Below are positions 1 through 11,961 of a stretch of DNA of 64,000 nt, piece after piece. Every line of letters starts with the position of its first letter. Positions within the stretch are counted from its first letter, which is position 1. Source of the stretch: Octopus vulgaris (lineage: Eukaryota); NCBI GenBank assembly GCA_951406725.2, contig OX597825.1:75330001-75394000 (forward strand), written 5' to 3'. The notes under the pieces are model-generated. The model did not search any database. It had not been told where the DNA came from and worked only from the letters and a program-made list of their open reading frames with translations. Both the position numbers and the translations under genes were made by a program.

Positions 1-47
1 TGCCTAGATTGATAATAATATATATATATATATATATATATACATAC

Positions 48-97
<50 letters not shown>

Positions 98-721
98 CAT
101 GAACACATACATAGAGAGATTTACACATGCATATGTATACACACATAAACATGTACATACACAAAAAAAGAACCTTACACATACATTCAAAGAAACACAA
201 GCACACATACATATATTCATTCACATATATTCAAATATGTATACATTCAGACACACACAATGAAAAATAATAATAGGAGGGGAGAAGGGGAACTAAGTTG
301 GTCAAGAATAACGATTTGGAATTTATAGAGCTTTATAGAACCGTTTCATGCCAAAAAAGAAAATTTAAATGCACATGCCATAAAATATATATAGTTATGG
401 TGTGTTTATATACTATGTATATATATGTATATATGTATGATATATAAAAAGATCATATGATGTATATATATATGTACTGATATATGCATGAGTATATATA
501 TATAGGGTATATATATACTTTATTGAAAAGCAGCAGAAATATCACAAAAAAAGTGTTACTCAGAGTTTCACGTTCCCATTGACAGTCAAAACTGTCCTAC
601 GAATTTCTGGTTATTTCTGCTGCTTTTCAATAAAGAATATTACTCTAGCTCTGGTATTTGAGTACTCTCTTGACAAACACACCGTTTCACCATTTATGGC
701 TTACTGTATATATATATAGTG

Positions 722-752
<31 letters not shown>

Positions 753-1419
753 ATGCTTTGCAGAATTCACCCCAGATCTCAGCAATTCAGAATTCAAATC
801 CTGCCAAAGTCAGCATTGTCATCCATCCCTTTGGGGTTGGTGGATAAAATACCAACCTTTATAGGGTGTAGGTGCTGCATATTCTCTCTCTCTCTCTCCC
901 TCTTTCTCTCTCTCACTCACTCTCCCCCCCTCTCTCTCTCTCTCCCACTGAAGAATCGTAGAATTAAATGTTAGTTCCAGTTTTTTCCCTGTTGGAAGTA
1001 AATAAAGGTGAAAAATAAATCTTAATTGTTAATAATTAGCATCACGTATAGTGAGAGACATCGTTTATCTTTTACTTGTTTCTGTCATTCAACCTCAGCC
1101 ATGCTGGAGCACTGCCTTGAATGGCTTTAGTCAAACAAACCAGCCTCATTACTTATTCATTTGAAATTTGGTACATATATGTTACTGGTCTATTTTGCTG
1201 AACTGCTAAGTGAAGGAGAGAGAAATAATTCACGACCAGCTGCAAAGCTATGTGGGTGAGGGTGACAAAGAGACAGAAAGAGACGCACGGCGATACGCTG
1301 TGCTTGAGAATACACATCATGCCGAGTGAAATCGTAGTCATGGCTGATGTTGGTGTCACGTAACTGGCACCCATGACAGTAGCATGTAAAGGGAACTGAT
1401 CTTGGGGGTCCATCACTGA

Positions 1420-1635
1420 ACAATTGATGAACTTGTTGATATGATCGGCATGTCCTGGAGCTCCTACCGACGAATTTGAGAGTGAGGTATTGCAAATGAA
1501 AAGTGTTAGAGTAAAATTTGTCCCTCATGGAAGATCAAAGTGGCTGAGTTTCTTTTAAGAGTTGGGCCTCACAGAGGCAAAGTGGCAGACATTTTTTGAA
1601 GGTCATCACAGGTGACAAAAGTTGGTGCTATGGAA
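1420..1635 (+). mobile_element. mariner (Tc1/mariner) transposase fossil fragment
   Basis: Frameshifted translation TIDELVDMIGMSWSSYRRI...MKSVRVKFVPH...EDQ...FLKVITGDKSWCYG matches the mariner HTH, the (W/F)VP linker and the first catalytic 'ITGDE.W' motif. Confidence 0.75.
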
Positions 1636-2012
1636 TTTGTAGATATGGGAGAGGTCACAGAGGCAAAGTGGCTGAGTTTCTTTTAGTAGGGCCTCACAGA
1701 GCAAAGTGGCTGAGTTTCTTTTAGAGTTGGGGCTCACAGAGGCAAAGTGGCTGAGTTTCTTTTACTATATACAGTAGAATAAAAGTTAGAAAATCTTTGG
1801 TATTATATATTTGAAAGAATGAATAGAAATATCTTTTCTGATAATTTTTCTGCTTTAATAATTAGATGTTTGTAATTATAAGGCGTTTACTTAAGGTCAT
1901 TCTGACAGGAGTTTCTTGCTTAAAAGTGGTTTTCAAACCGATATTTTAGAGTTTGTTATCCACTGTTTAAATAGTGAGTGATTAATTACAAACGAACACA
2001 CATACAAATACT

Positions 2013-5000
2013 AGAGTTGGGCCTCACAGAGGCAAAGTGGCTGAGTTTCTTTTATGAGTTGGGCCTCACAGAGGCAAAGTGGCTGAGTTTCTTTTCGAGT
2101 AGGGCCTCACAGACGCAAAGTGGCTGAGTTTCTTTTAGAGTTGGGCTTCACAGAGGCAAAGTGGCTGAGTTCCCTCTAAGAGTTGGGCCTCACAGATGCA
2201 AAGTGGCTGAGTTTCTTTAATGAGTTCGACCTCACAGAGGCAAAGTGGCTGAGTTTCTTTAATGAGTTGGACCTCACAGAGGCAAAGTGGCTGAGTTTCT
2301 TTTATGTGTTGGGCCTCACAGAGGCAAAGTGGCTGAGTTTCTTTAATGAGTTCGTCATCACAGAGGCAAAGTGGCTGAGTTTCTTTTATGAGTTGGGCCT
2401 CACAGAGGCAAAGTGGCTGAGTTTCTGTAATAAGTTGGGCCTCACAGAGGCAAACTGGCTGAGTTTCTTTTATGAGTTGGGCCTCACAGACGCAAAGTGG
2501 CTGAGTTTCTTTTAGAGTTGGGCTTCACAGAGGCAAAGTGGCTGAGTTCCCTCTAAGAGTTGGGCCTCACAGATGCAAAGTGGCTGAGTTTCTTTAATGA
2601 GTTCGACCTCACAGAGGCAAAGTGGCTGAGTTTCTTTTAATGAGTTGGACCTCACAGAGGCAAAGTGGCTGAGTTTCTTTTATGGGTTGGGCCTCACAGA
2701 GGCAAAGTGGCTGAGTTTCTTTAATGAGTTCGGTCTCACAGAGGCAAAGTGGCTGAGTTTCTTTTATGAGTTGGGCCTCACAGAGGCAAACTGGCTGAGT
2801 TTCTGTAATAAGTTGGGCCTCACAGAGGCAAAGTGGCTGAGTTTCTTTTATGAGTTGGGCCTCACAGAGGCAAAGTGGCTGAGTTTCTTTTATGAGTTGG
2901 GCCTCACAGAGGCAAAGTGGCTGAGTTTCTTTTAAGAGTTGGGCCTCACAGAGGCAAAGTGGCTGAGTTTCTTTTAGAGTTGGGCCTCACAGAGGCAAAG
3001 TGGCTGAGTTTCTTTTATGAGTTGGGCCTCACAGAGGCAAAGTGGCTGAGTTTCTTTTAAGAGTTGGGCCTCACAGAGGCAAAGTGGCTGAGTTTCTTTA
3101 ATGAGTTGGGCCTCACAGAGGCAAAGCAGCTGAGTTTCTTTTAAGAGTTGGGCCTCACAGAGGCAAAGTGGCTGAGGTTCTTTTATGAGTTGGGCCTCAC
3201 AGAGGCAAAGTGGCTGAGTTTCTTTTCGAGTTGGGCCTCACAGATGCAAAGTGGCTGAGTTTCTTTTAGAGTTGGGCCTCACAGAGGCAAAGTGGCTGAG
3301 CTCCCTCTAAGAGTTGGGCCTCACAGAGGCAAAGTGGCTGAGTTTCTTTAATGTGTTCGACCTCACAGAGGCAAAGTGGCTGAGTTTCTTTAATGAGTTG
3401 GACCTCACAGAGGCAAAGTGGCTGAGTTTCTTTATGGGTTGGGCCTCACAGAGGCAAAGTGGCTGAGTTTCTTTAATGAGTTCGGCCTCACAGAGGCAAA
3501 GTGGCTGAGTTTCTTTTATGAGTTGGGCCTCACAGAGGCAAAGTGGCTGAGTTTCTGTATAAGTTGGGCCTCACAGAGGCAAACTGGCTGAGTTTCTTTT
3601 ATGAGTTGGGCCTCACAGACGCAAAGTGGCTGAGTTTCTTTTAGAGTTGGGCTTCACAGAGGCAAAGTGGCTGAGCTCCCTCTAAGAGTTGGGCCTCGCA
3701 GAGGCAAAGTGGCTGAGTTTCTTTAATGTGTTCGACCTCACAGAGGCAAAGTGGCTGAGTTTCTTTTAATGAGTTGGACCTCACAGAGGCAAAGTGGCTG
3801 AGTTTCTTTTATGGGTTGGGCCTCACAGAGGCAAAGTGGCTGAGTTTCTTTTATGAGTTGGGCCTCACAGAGGCAAAGTGGCTGAGTTTCTTTAATGAGT
3901 TGGGCCTCACAGAGGCAAAGTGGCTGAGTTTCTTTAATGAGTTGGGCCTCACAGAGGCAAAGTGGCTGAGTTTCTTTTATGAGTTGGGCCTCACAGAGGC
4001 AAAGTGGCTGAGTTTCTTTTATGAGTTGGGCCTCACAGAGGCAAAGTGGCTGAGTTTCTTTTAGAGTTGGGCCTCACAGAGGCAAAGTGGCTGAGTTTCT
4101 TTTAAGAGTTGGGCCTCACAGAGGCAAAGTGGCTGAGGTTCTTTTATGAGTTGGGCCTCACAGAGGCAAAGTAGCTGAGTTTCTTTTAGAGTTGGGCCTC
4201 ACAGAGGCAAAGTGGCTGAGTTTCTTTTAAGAGTTGGGCCTCACAGAGGCAAAGTGGCTGAGTTTCTTTTAAGAGTTGGGCCTCACAGAGGCAAAGTGGC
4301 TGAGTTTCTTTTAAGAGTTGGGCCTCACAGAGGCAAAGTGGCTGAGGTTCTTTTATGAGTTGGGCCTCACAGAGGCAAAGTGGCTGAGTTTCTTTTCGAG
4401 TTGGGCCTCACAGATGCAAAGTGGCTGAGTTTCTTTTAGAGTTGGGCCTCACAGAGGCAAAGTGGCTGAGTTCCCTCTAAGAGTTGGGCCTCACAGATGC
4501 AAAGTGGCTGAGTTTCTTTAATGAGTTCGACCTCACAGAGGCAAAGTGGCTGAGTTTCTTTTAATGAGTTGGACCTCACAGAGGCAAAGTGGCTGAGTTT
4601 CTTTTATGGGTTGGGCCTCACAGAGGCAAAGTGGCTGAGTTTCTTTAATGAGTTCGGCCTCACAGAGGCAAAGTGGCTGAGTTCCTTTTAAGAGTTGGGC
4701 CTCACAGAGGCAAAGTGGCTGAGTTTCTGTAATAAGTTGGGCCTCACAGAGGCAAACTGGCTGAGTTTCTTTTATGAGTTGGGCCTCACAGAGGCAAAGT
4801 GGCTGAGTTTCTTTTAAGAGTTGGGCCTCACAGAGGCAAAGTGGCTGAGTTCCTTTTAAGAGTTGGGCCTCACAGAAGCAAAGTGGCTGAGTTTCTTTTA
4901 TGAGTTGGGCCTCACAGAGGCAAAGTGGCTGAGTTCATTTTAAGAGTTGGGCCTCACAGAGGCAAAGTGGCTGAGTTTCTTTTAAGAGTTGGGCCTCACA

Positions 5001-5298
5001 GAGGCAAAGTGGCTGAGTTTCTTTAATGAGTTGGGCCTCACAGAGGCAAAGTAGCTGAGTTTCTTTAAGAGTTGGGCCTCACAGAGGCAAAGTGGCTGAG
5101 GTTCTTTTATGAGTTGGGCCTCACAGAGGCAAAGTGGCTGAGTTTCTTTTAAGAGTTGGGCCTCACAGAGGCAAAGTAGCTAAGTTCCTTTAAGAGTTGG
5201 GCCTCACAGAGGCAAAGTGGCTGAGTTCCTTATAAGAGTTGGGCCTCACAGAGGCTGAGTTCCTTTTGAGTGTCAGGCCTCACAGAGGCAAAGTACTG
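2013..5298. repeat. 42-bp minisatellite array (~78 units), with ~4 outlying units at 1536-1763
   Basis: Unit GAGTTGGGCCTCACAGAGGCAAAGTGGCTGAGTTTCTTTTAT (41-43 bp) repeated head-to-tail; the ELGLTEAKWLSFFY ORFs are a by-product. Confidence 0.98.
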
Positions 5299-5329
5299 AT
5301 TCTATGAGATCCTTTTGCAGACCACCTCA

Positions 5330-6150
5330 ATAATTATTGTGGCTGGTGACTTCAATGGACATGTTGGACAGCACCCCCATGGATTCCACGGTGTACATGG
5401 AGGCTATGGTTTTGGACCTTGAAATTAGGAGAGAACAAGATTGCTGGCGTTCTGTGATGCAAATGATCTCATCATCTGCACCACTAACTTCAAAAATCCA
5501 GCCAGTCACTTAATCAATTATCAGTCTGGTGAACACATAAGCCTGATTGACTACCTCCTCACCAGGCAACGAGATAGATGGATGCTTAAAAATGCAAAGT
5601 CTTTCCTTGTCAAAGAGTGTACAACCCAATGTAGGTTACTAGTTAATGACTTCAGAATTAGAGCTAGAAAAACCCAGAGAAATAAACCAATATAGAAAAG
5701 AAGACTATGGAAACTCAAAGACCCAGCAAACACAAAAATTTAGTGATTTGCTAATGGAAGCTTCTGATGAAAGTGAGGAAGGGTTGATGAGGACAACTGG
5801 AAGTTCTTGAGGAACAATCTACTGAAGGCTGTGGATGAAATCTGTGGTTGGTGCGGAGTCCCAGCTAGACCAAAGGTGACATGGTAATGGAGCAAAGAGG
5901 TTAATAGTGTTATAAAAGCAAAGAGACAGACCTGGAAAGAATGGAAAAATGGTGGAAGCAGAGAATTATATCAGGTAGCCAAAAAGGCATCTAGATGTCA
6001 GGTATACATAACAAAAGGAGTAACTGAAGATAAGAGATTTGCAAATGTCTTACAATGTGAGGATCAGAGGCATGAGGTGTTCAGGATTGCAAAGCAGTGT
6101 ATCAGAGAAAATAGAGATGTGATAGGTGAGAAATGTGTGTGAACGGATAA
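5330..6150 (+). mobile_element. RTE-clade LINE fragment (APE endonuclease C-terminus and linker), degenerate
   Basis: IIVAGDFNGHVG...HGVHGGYGFG...LAFCDANDLIICTTNFKNPASHLINYQSGEHISLIDYLL; GDFN and IDY endonuclease motifs; stops and frameshifts. Confidence 0.85.
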
Positions 6151-6163
6151 TAGTTCTATATTT

Positions 6164-6548
6164 GGAAGCACTCCATCGGTTACGACGACGAGGGTTCCGG
6201 TTGATCCGAATCAACGGAACAGCCAACTCGTGAAATTAACGTGTAAGTGGCTGAGCACTCCACAGACACGTGTACCCTTAACGTAGTTCTCGGGGATATT
6301 CAGCGTGACACAGAGAGTGACAAGGCCGGCCCTTTGAAATACAGGTACAACAGAAACAGGAAGTAAGGGTGAGAGAAAGTTGTGGTGAAAGAGTACAGCA
6401 GGGATCACCACCATCCCCTGCCGGAGCCTCGTGGAGCTTTAGGTGTTTTCACTCAATAAACACTCACAACGCCCGGTCTGGGAATCGAAACCGCGATCCT
6501 ATAACCGCGAGTCCACTGCCCTAACCACTGGGCCATTGCGCCTCCACG
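6164..6548 (-). mobile_element. tRNA-derived SINE with 11-bp target-site duplication
   Basis: Minus-strand head GGCGCAATGGCCCAGTGGTTAGG...GGTTTCGATTCCC (A/B boxes); flanking direct repeats GTTCTATATTT at 6153-6163 and 6549-6559. Confidence 0.85.
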
Positions 6549-6552
6549 GTTC

Positions 6553-6730
6553 TATATTTAAGAGATGAGGAATTATGTACATTATTTACATTTGATGGAT
6601 ATTCGTCCTCATCTTGTTTGTTGTTAATATGTTTTGGCTGATATACTCTCCAGCCTTCATCAGGTGTCTTGGGGAAATTTTGAACCTGGGTTCTCATTCC
6701 TAAGGTATTTTTCGATGTTATTATTATTAT
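6553..6730 (-). mobile_element. 3' part of hammerhead-tailed SINE (same family as 17260-17871)
   Basis: Near-identical to 17260-17445; minus strand has CTGATGAAGGCTG...CAGCCAAAAC (decayed hammerhead core). Confidence 0.75.
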
Positions 6731-6749
6731 TTTTTAAAAATAAAATATG

Positions 6750-7345
6750 GTCCTTTGTCTTCTGCTGAACCAGGGTCATCCCTTAACCCTAGGGTCACAG
6801 CGGGTCCTCATCTCATGGAGAGTACACGGTGTAAAATGTGTGCGGAACCTAGCAACACTATTTTCTGAAGTTCTCCCATGTTAACACTGCAAGGGAGTTT
6901 GTTGAGTTGCCTATCAAGGCCCTTTTTAATTGGCCCTAATGCTCCAATCACCACTGGTGCTGTGCTACTTTTCATTCCCTACATCTTTGTCACTTCTATT
7001 TCTAGGTCTTTGTACTTAAATAACTTCTCAACTTCTTTAATGGACAAATTTCTCTCTTATGGTACTGTCACATCTATCATCAAGCATTTCTTATTCTTCC
7101 TGTCTTTGATGATTATGTCCGGCCTGTTTGCCTTGATTTCTTTATCGGTGTTGATTGGCATGTCCCAGAGTACTGTTGCATAATTTTTTCTGTTCACAGT
7201 TTCAGGTTTATGCTGGTACCATCTTTCTGAAGTTGGAAGCTGATAGCGTTTACATACCTTCCAATGGATATATTGCGCTACTCTATCGTGTCTATGAATA
7301 TATTCGGTTTTTGCAAGCGCTGTGCATCCAGTTAAGATGTGGTTA
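6750..7345 (-). mobile_element. R4/Dong-like non-LTR retrotransposon C-terminal (restriction-like endonuclease) fragment
   Basis: Minus translation VLWDMPINTDKEIKANRPDIIIKDRKNKKCLMIDVTVP...KYKDLEIEV...PVVIGALG...LQKIVLLGSAHIL; RPD..D RLE motif. Confidence 0.85.
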
Positions 7346-7373
7346 GGGTCTGCATTTCAGATCAGTACTATTG

Positions 7374-7459
<86 letters not shown>

Positions 7460-7609
7460 TTGTTATTATTATTATTATTATTCAGGAAAATGTGAAACTA
7501 AAAGAAACAGCACATATGCTAGAACACAACAACCTCCTAAGCAGACCGAGTGCAGATATGAATAGCATATGGGAACCGGTATTAAGGAAGGATCGGAGAA
7601 TATTAGATT

Positions 7610-8690
7610 TATAATAGGTGTGATTGTCTGATGAAAGGAACCCTAAAAAAAGAGACCAAGAGCACTATACTGACAGCGCAAGACCACACTTTGACCACAA
7701 ACTGGTGGGTGAACCTTAGGAATGAGCAAGTGTCTCTGTTATGCTGCATCTGCAATATGGTGAAACTATTGCCAATATCACGAATAAATGCCCTATACTT
7801 GCCCAAAACCACTACAAGTTGTAACGACATGACTTCAGGAAACATTTTTTAACGCTGAGAGTTGCTGAAGTATGGAACAAACTGCCGGCATCAGTTGTTA
7901 GTTGTTGGAGTACTGCATCCTTCAAAACTTCCATGCTTCCTGAGATTCGCCAACACTACACTTGATTTTCTCCCTTCCATACACACACAAACATGTATCT
8001 GACTCATACATTGTTCGCTTTCCAGACATTTCTACATTACTGCATGTACTTTATATGCACTTTCTGACAAGTTGTGGTGCACCTGAGCACTGTATACAAT
8101 AATTTCATTATTATTATTATGACATGACCAGGTAGTGAAAGTGCTACATTGGAAACTGTGTGAAAAGTGGGTGCTAGAGAGAGGCAAGACGTGGAATTAG
8201 CACAAACTGCTGAGAGTGGTTGAGTCAGAGACTAGCAAAATCCTCTGGGATTTCCTGATCCAAACAGATCAGGTGCTAGAGCATAACAGACCAAACCTAG
8301 TGGTGATGGACAAGGTGTACCATTTATGCTATATAGTTGATGTTGCATGCTCCTTTGACCCACGAATAGTCAAGAAGGAAGGTGAAAATATAGATAAATA
8401 CAACCTTCTTCAGTATGAAGTAGCCTGGCTATGGAAAATGAAGAAGGTGAAGATAGTGCCAATTATACCAGAAGGCATCAAGTGGAATATAAAGGAGATG
8501 GGAATTAAGTGCCCAGTAGAACTGTTACAAAAGGTTTGCCCCCTTGGCATGGCCAAAATAATCAGGAAAGTATTAAATGGCTGAAAAGAACAGACAGCAT
8601 GGTACTGTAGGCGGCAGATAGTAAGCCCACTGCACATGCAAGATTCCAGGAGCTCCAACAAAATCTGTGATAAAGAGAAAATAATCTTTT
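7610..8690 (+). mobile_element. R4/Dong-like RLE non-LTR fragment, interrupted by a CR1-like insertion
   Basis: KGTLKKETKSTILTAQD...; KILWDFLIQTDQVLEHNRPNLVVMDK..C.IVDVA (8216-8584). A sibling copy lies inverted at 51030-51645. Confidence 0.85.
7834..8120 (+). mobile_element. 5'-truncated CR1-like LINE 3' end with 8-bp TSD
   Basis: Highly similar to 57440-57725; (ATT)n tail; GACATGAC at 7826-7833 and 8121-8128. Confidence 0.92.
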
Positions 8691-8954
8691 TGTTATTATT
8701 CTAAAGTGGTGAGCTGGCAGAATTGTTAGCACACTGGACGAAATGCTTAGTAGTATTTCACCCATTGTACATTCTGAGTTCAAATTCCGCTGAGGTTGAC
8801 TTAGCCTTTCATCATTTTGGGTTTGATAAAATAAGTACCAGTTGAGTACTGGGGTTGATGTGATCGACTGTTCCCTTCCCCATAAAATTCAGACCATCTA
8901 CCTATAGTAGAAAGGATTATTATTGTTATTATTATTATTATTATCATTATTATT

Positions 8955-9512
8955 GAGTGAGAGAGCAGTTCATGCCATCAAAGTGACACTGGGGTAAAAT
9001 ATACGAAGCCCAATATACCCATCATGACTACCCGTCTGATAAAGGTACACCAGGCACATGCATCACAACCATATGTGCACGACATGGTGATCTCATATCA
9101 AGATAAACAGCACATGACCTTGCAGGTGGGGCCCAGTTTGAATTTTCTTCAGGTTGAGTAGCCCATCCCGCTCAAACGGTCCCCGAATAAGGGTTGTTTA
9201 AGGATGTTGAAAGAACCACCCATGTTTCCAGAGGTGAACTATTCAAACCCCAAAGCATCCCTCTCAACACATGGCTATGATGCTCCCCCACTACTTCTGC
9301 TCATGATCAGAGATGCACATATCGTCAGCCACTAAGGGACATGCTCAACTGGTTAAGGTCAAACAACTGACAAGCAAATCTGTGGTATTGAGCAGAATAT
9401 TTGCTGTAGCCCATCTTTTATACCAAGACAAAACAATGTACATGATAACACTTCCAATCAGTTAAGATCAGAAGCCATGAGAGCCACTGCCTGGTACTGC
9501 ATCAGGGCATTT
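8955..9512. mobile_element. interspersed repeat of unknown class between (ATT)n tracts
   Basis: Its right end (GTTAAGATCAGAAGCCATGAGAGCCACTGCCTGGTACTGCATCAGGGCATT) recurs at 62840-62895. Confidence 0.6.
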
Positions 9513-9516
9513 ATTA

Positions 9517-9560
<44 letters not shown>

Positions 9561-9569
9561 GTTGTAAAA

Positions 9570-9775
9570 TGCACCATCCGATCGTGGCTGTTTGCCAGCC
9601 TCGTCTGGCACGTAAAAAGCACCCACTACACTCACGGAGTGGTTGGCATTAGGAAGGGCATCCAGCTGTAGAAACACTGCCAGATCAGACTGGAGCCTGG
9701 CGCAGCCTTCTAGCTTCCCAGACCCCAGTTGAACCGTCCAAACCATGCTAGCATGGAAAACGATGATGATGATTA
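9570..9775 (+). mobile_element. SINE/LINE-tail family C ending in (GAT)n; other copies ~25100-25287, 28773-29005, 27440-27780(-), 30630-31170(-), 33437-33905(-), 46755-46920(-), 49603-49700, 59290-59490(-)
   Basis: Recurring GCACCCACTACACTCACGGAGTGGTTGGC...CCATGCTAGCATGGAAA..GACGTTAAACGATGATGAT. Confidence 0.85.
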
Positions 9776-9796
9776 TTATTATTATTATTATTATTA

Positions 9797-9841
<45 letters not shown>

Positions 9842-10566
9842 GAAGGCAGTGAGTGACAGAATTGTCTGCATGCCAGGCAATGACTGTATTTCACCCATTG
9901 CTCAGATTTGAGTTCAAATTCTGCTGAGGTTGACTTTACCTTTCATCATTTCGGGATCGATGAAATAAGTACCAGCTGAAGACTGGGGTTGATGTAAACA
10001 ACCCATCCCCACCCCACCACCCCCAGGCTGCCCCTGTGACAAAAATTTGAAATAATAATAAGTATTGTTATTATTATTCTAAGGCGGCAAACTGGCAGAA
10101 TTGTTAGTGTGCTGGACAAAATCGCTACATTCTGAGTTCAGATTCTGCCAAGCTCGACTTTGCCTTTTGGGTTGATAAATTAAGTACCAGTTGAGTTCTG
10201 GGGTCGATGTAATCGACTTAACTCCTCCCTACAAAATATCAGGCCTTGTGCCTATAGTAGAAAGGGTTATTATCATTATTATTCTAAAAGATAGCACTTG
10301 TGGAACTGGTGCCTATAAAATTCGTAGAAACTGGGCATTTTTATATCTTTTACCTATTTGCTTTTTTAAGGTGACACCTTTTTCTCATGTCATTCCGTCC
10401 ATCTATCTCTTATTTTCTCTCATTGCCTCTCTCTCTCTCTCTTTCTCTCTTGTTTTTATTTTCTTGTTGCTCTGATGAATTGCCTGTCTCTCTTTCATAA
10501 CGCACTTCATCTGTTCATCTCTTTTTCTTTATTCACCCAACTGTTAATCATGCAATTTTATTCACT

Positions 10567-10621
<55 letters not shown>

Positions 10622-11053
10622 TCTAATCAATTTTCAAACCATACACTCTTCCTCTTTCCCTTCTTCTCTTTCGATTTTTTTAAAACTACCAATATGTATG
10701 TTTATATATATATTTTTTTGATTTCTTTGTAAGTATAATGTAACATGAAATTGTGGACTTAAACTAAATAGGAAATCAATGTTGTTATTGATGCCTGTAA
10801 GCTAAATAATTATTTTTAATGGGTCACTTTCTCTTAATCAAACTTAAGCTTAACTGTGGAAGACTTGCCATTGTTCTGCAGTTTGGTTGTTACAGAACGT
10901 TCTTTAGGGAACAATCAAGAATTTTATTCTGTTGCTGAATTTTATTTTCTGTCATTGATATCTATTTAATTTTGTATTGTTAGTCTTTTTAACCCAATAT
11001 TTTATATGCTATTATCTATAATTTTATCATGTTTTCACCTTAAATAAATTATA

Positions 11054-11455
11054 GGTGTAGGAGTGGCTGTGTGGTAAGCAGCTTGCTTACCAACCACATG
11101 ATTTCGGGTTCAGTCCCACTGCATCACACCTTCGGCAAGTGTCTTCTACTATAGCCTCGGGCCAACCAAAGCCTTGTGAGTGGATTTGGTAGACGGAAAC
11201 TGAAAGAAGACCATCGTATATATATGTATATATACATATGTGTGTGTGTGTATGTGTTTGTGTGTCTGTGTTTGTCTCCCCACCCAACATCGCTTGACAA
11301 CCGATGCTGGTGTGTTTACACCTCCATAACTTAGTGGTTTGGCAAAAGAGACCGATACAATAAGTACTAGGCTAACAAAGAATAGTTCAACTAAAGGCAG
11401 TGCTCCAGCATGGCCACAGTCAAATGACTGAAACAAGTAAAAAAAGTAAAAGAGT
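11054..11455 (+). mobile_element. tRNA-derived SINE family A with internal (TA/TG) microsatellite
   Basis: Head GGAGTGGCTGTGTGGTAAG...GGTTCAGTCCC; tail GACTGAAACAAGTAAAAGAGTA; more than 12 copies in the window. Confidence 0.9.
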
Positions 11456-11961
11456 ATATGTACGATTTTCATCTTTGTATTAAATACATATATCTGTTGA
11501 TTTCTATCACAATTTACAGTGATTTTTTTTCATTTACAAGGTTAATTTACTTTCACTTTTTCACAATGATAAAATGCATGTGAACTGAGTTTATTTGCAA
11601 ACAACTAGCCGATAGAAGTGCTGCCAGTCAAAAGCTTTGCATGGTGGACTCTTGCAGGTTTATGAGGTCATTGTTAAACTCACTTTCTGATGCTGGATTT
11701 TTTTCTGTTTGACTTTATTTTGAAACTTTGAAATTAAGTGAAAATTTCAAATTTGGTATATTGATGTAATTTTGTAATGATGGAAGTTTTGATGAATAAA
11801 GTAGTGTGAAATGTTGGAACAGGCATGTAATGCGAAAAATTACCTAAAAAGAAAAAAAAAAGAAGAAACTTTAGTTTTGAAGTTGTGTGGCTCTGGCCCT
11901 GGTAACGTAAATTTCTAGGGATCTTTTTTCTTTGGATGCTAATTTTCAGTCTCATCAATTT

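Noticed and set aside
2013-5298. CRISPR-like array or repeat protein (ELGLTEAKWLSFFY)n
   Set aside because: No unique spacers, no cas genes, eukaryotic context; frequent stops and 41/43-bp units break the frame.
6470-6548. Possible tRNA genes (also 17793-17871)
   Set aside because: Acceptor stems imperfect and each continues into a SINE body; treated as SINE heads.
7339-7614. Poly-I/poly-Y ORFs, and similar YIYI, THTH, CMYV, poly-H and poly-E ORFs across the window
   Set aside because: Translations of microsatellites; no domain content or splice support.
8216-8584. Stand-alone nuclease gene duplicated at 51309-51512
   Set aside because: C-terminal fragment of an R4/Dong-like retrotransposon with a damaged PD motif and frameshifts.
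9480-9512. Hammerhead at minus-strand CCCTGATGCAG
   Set aside because: Core is CTGATGC, with no stem II-GAAA following.
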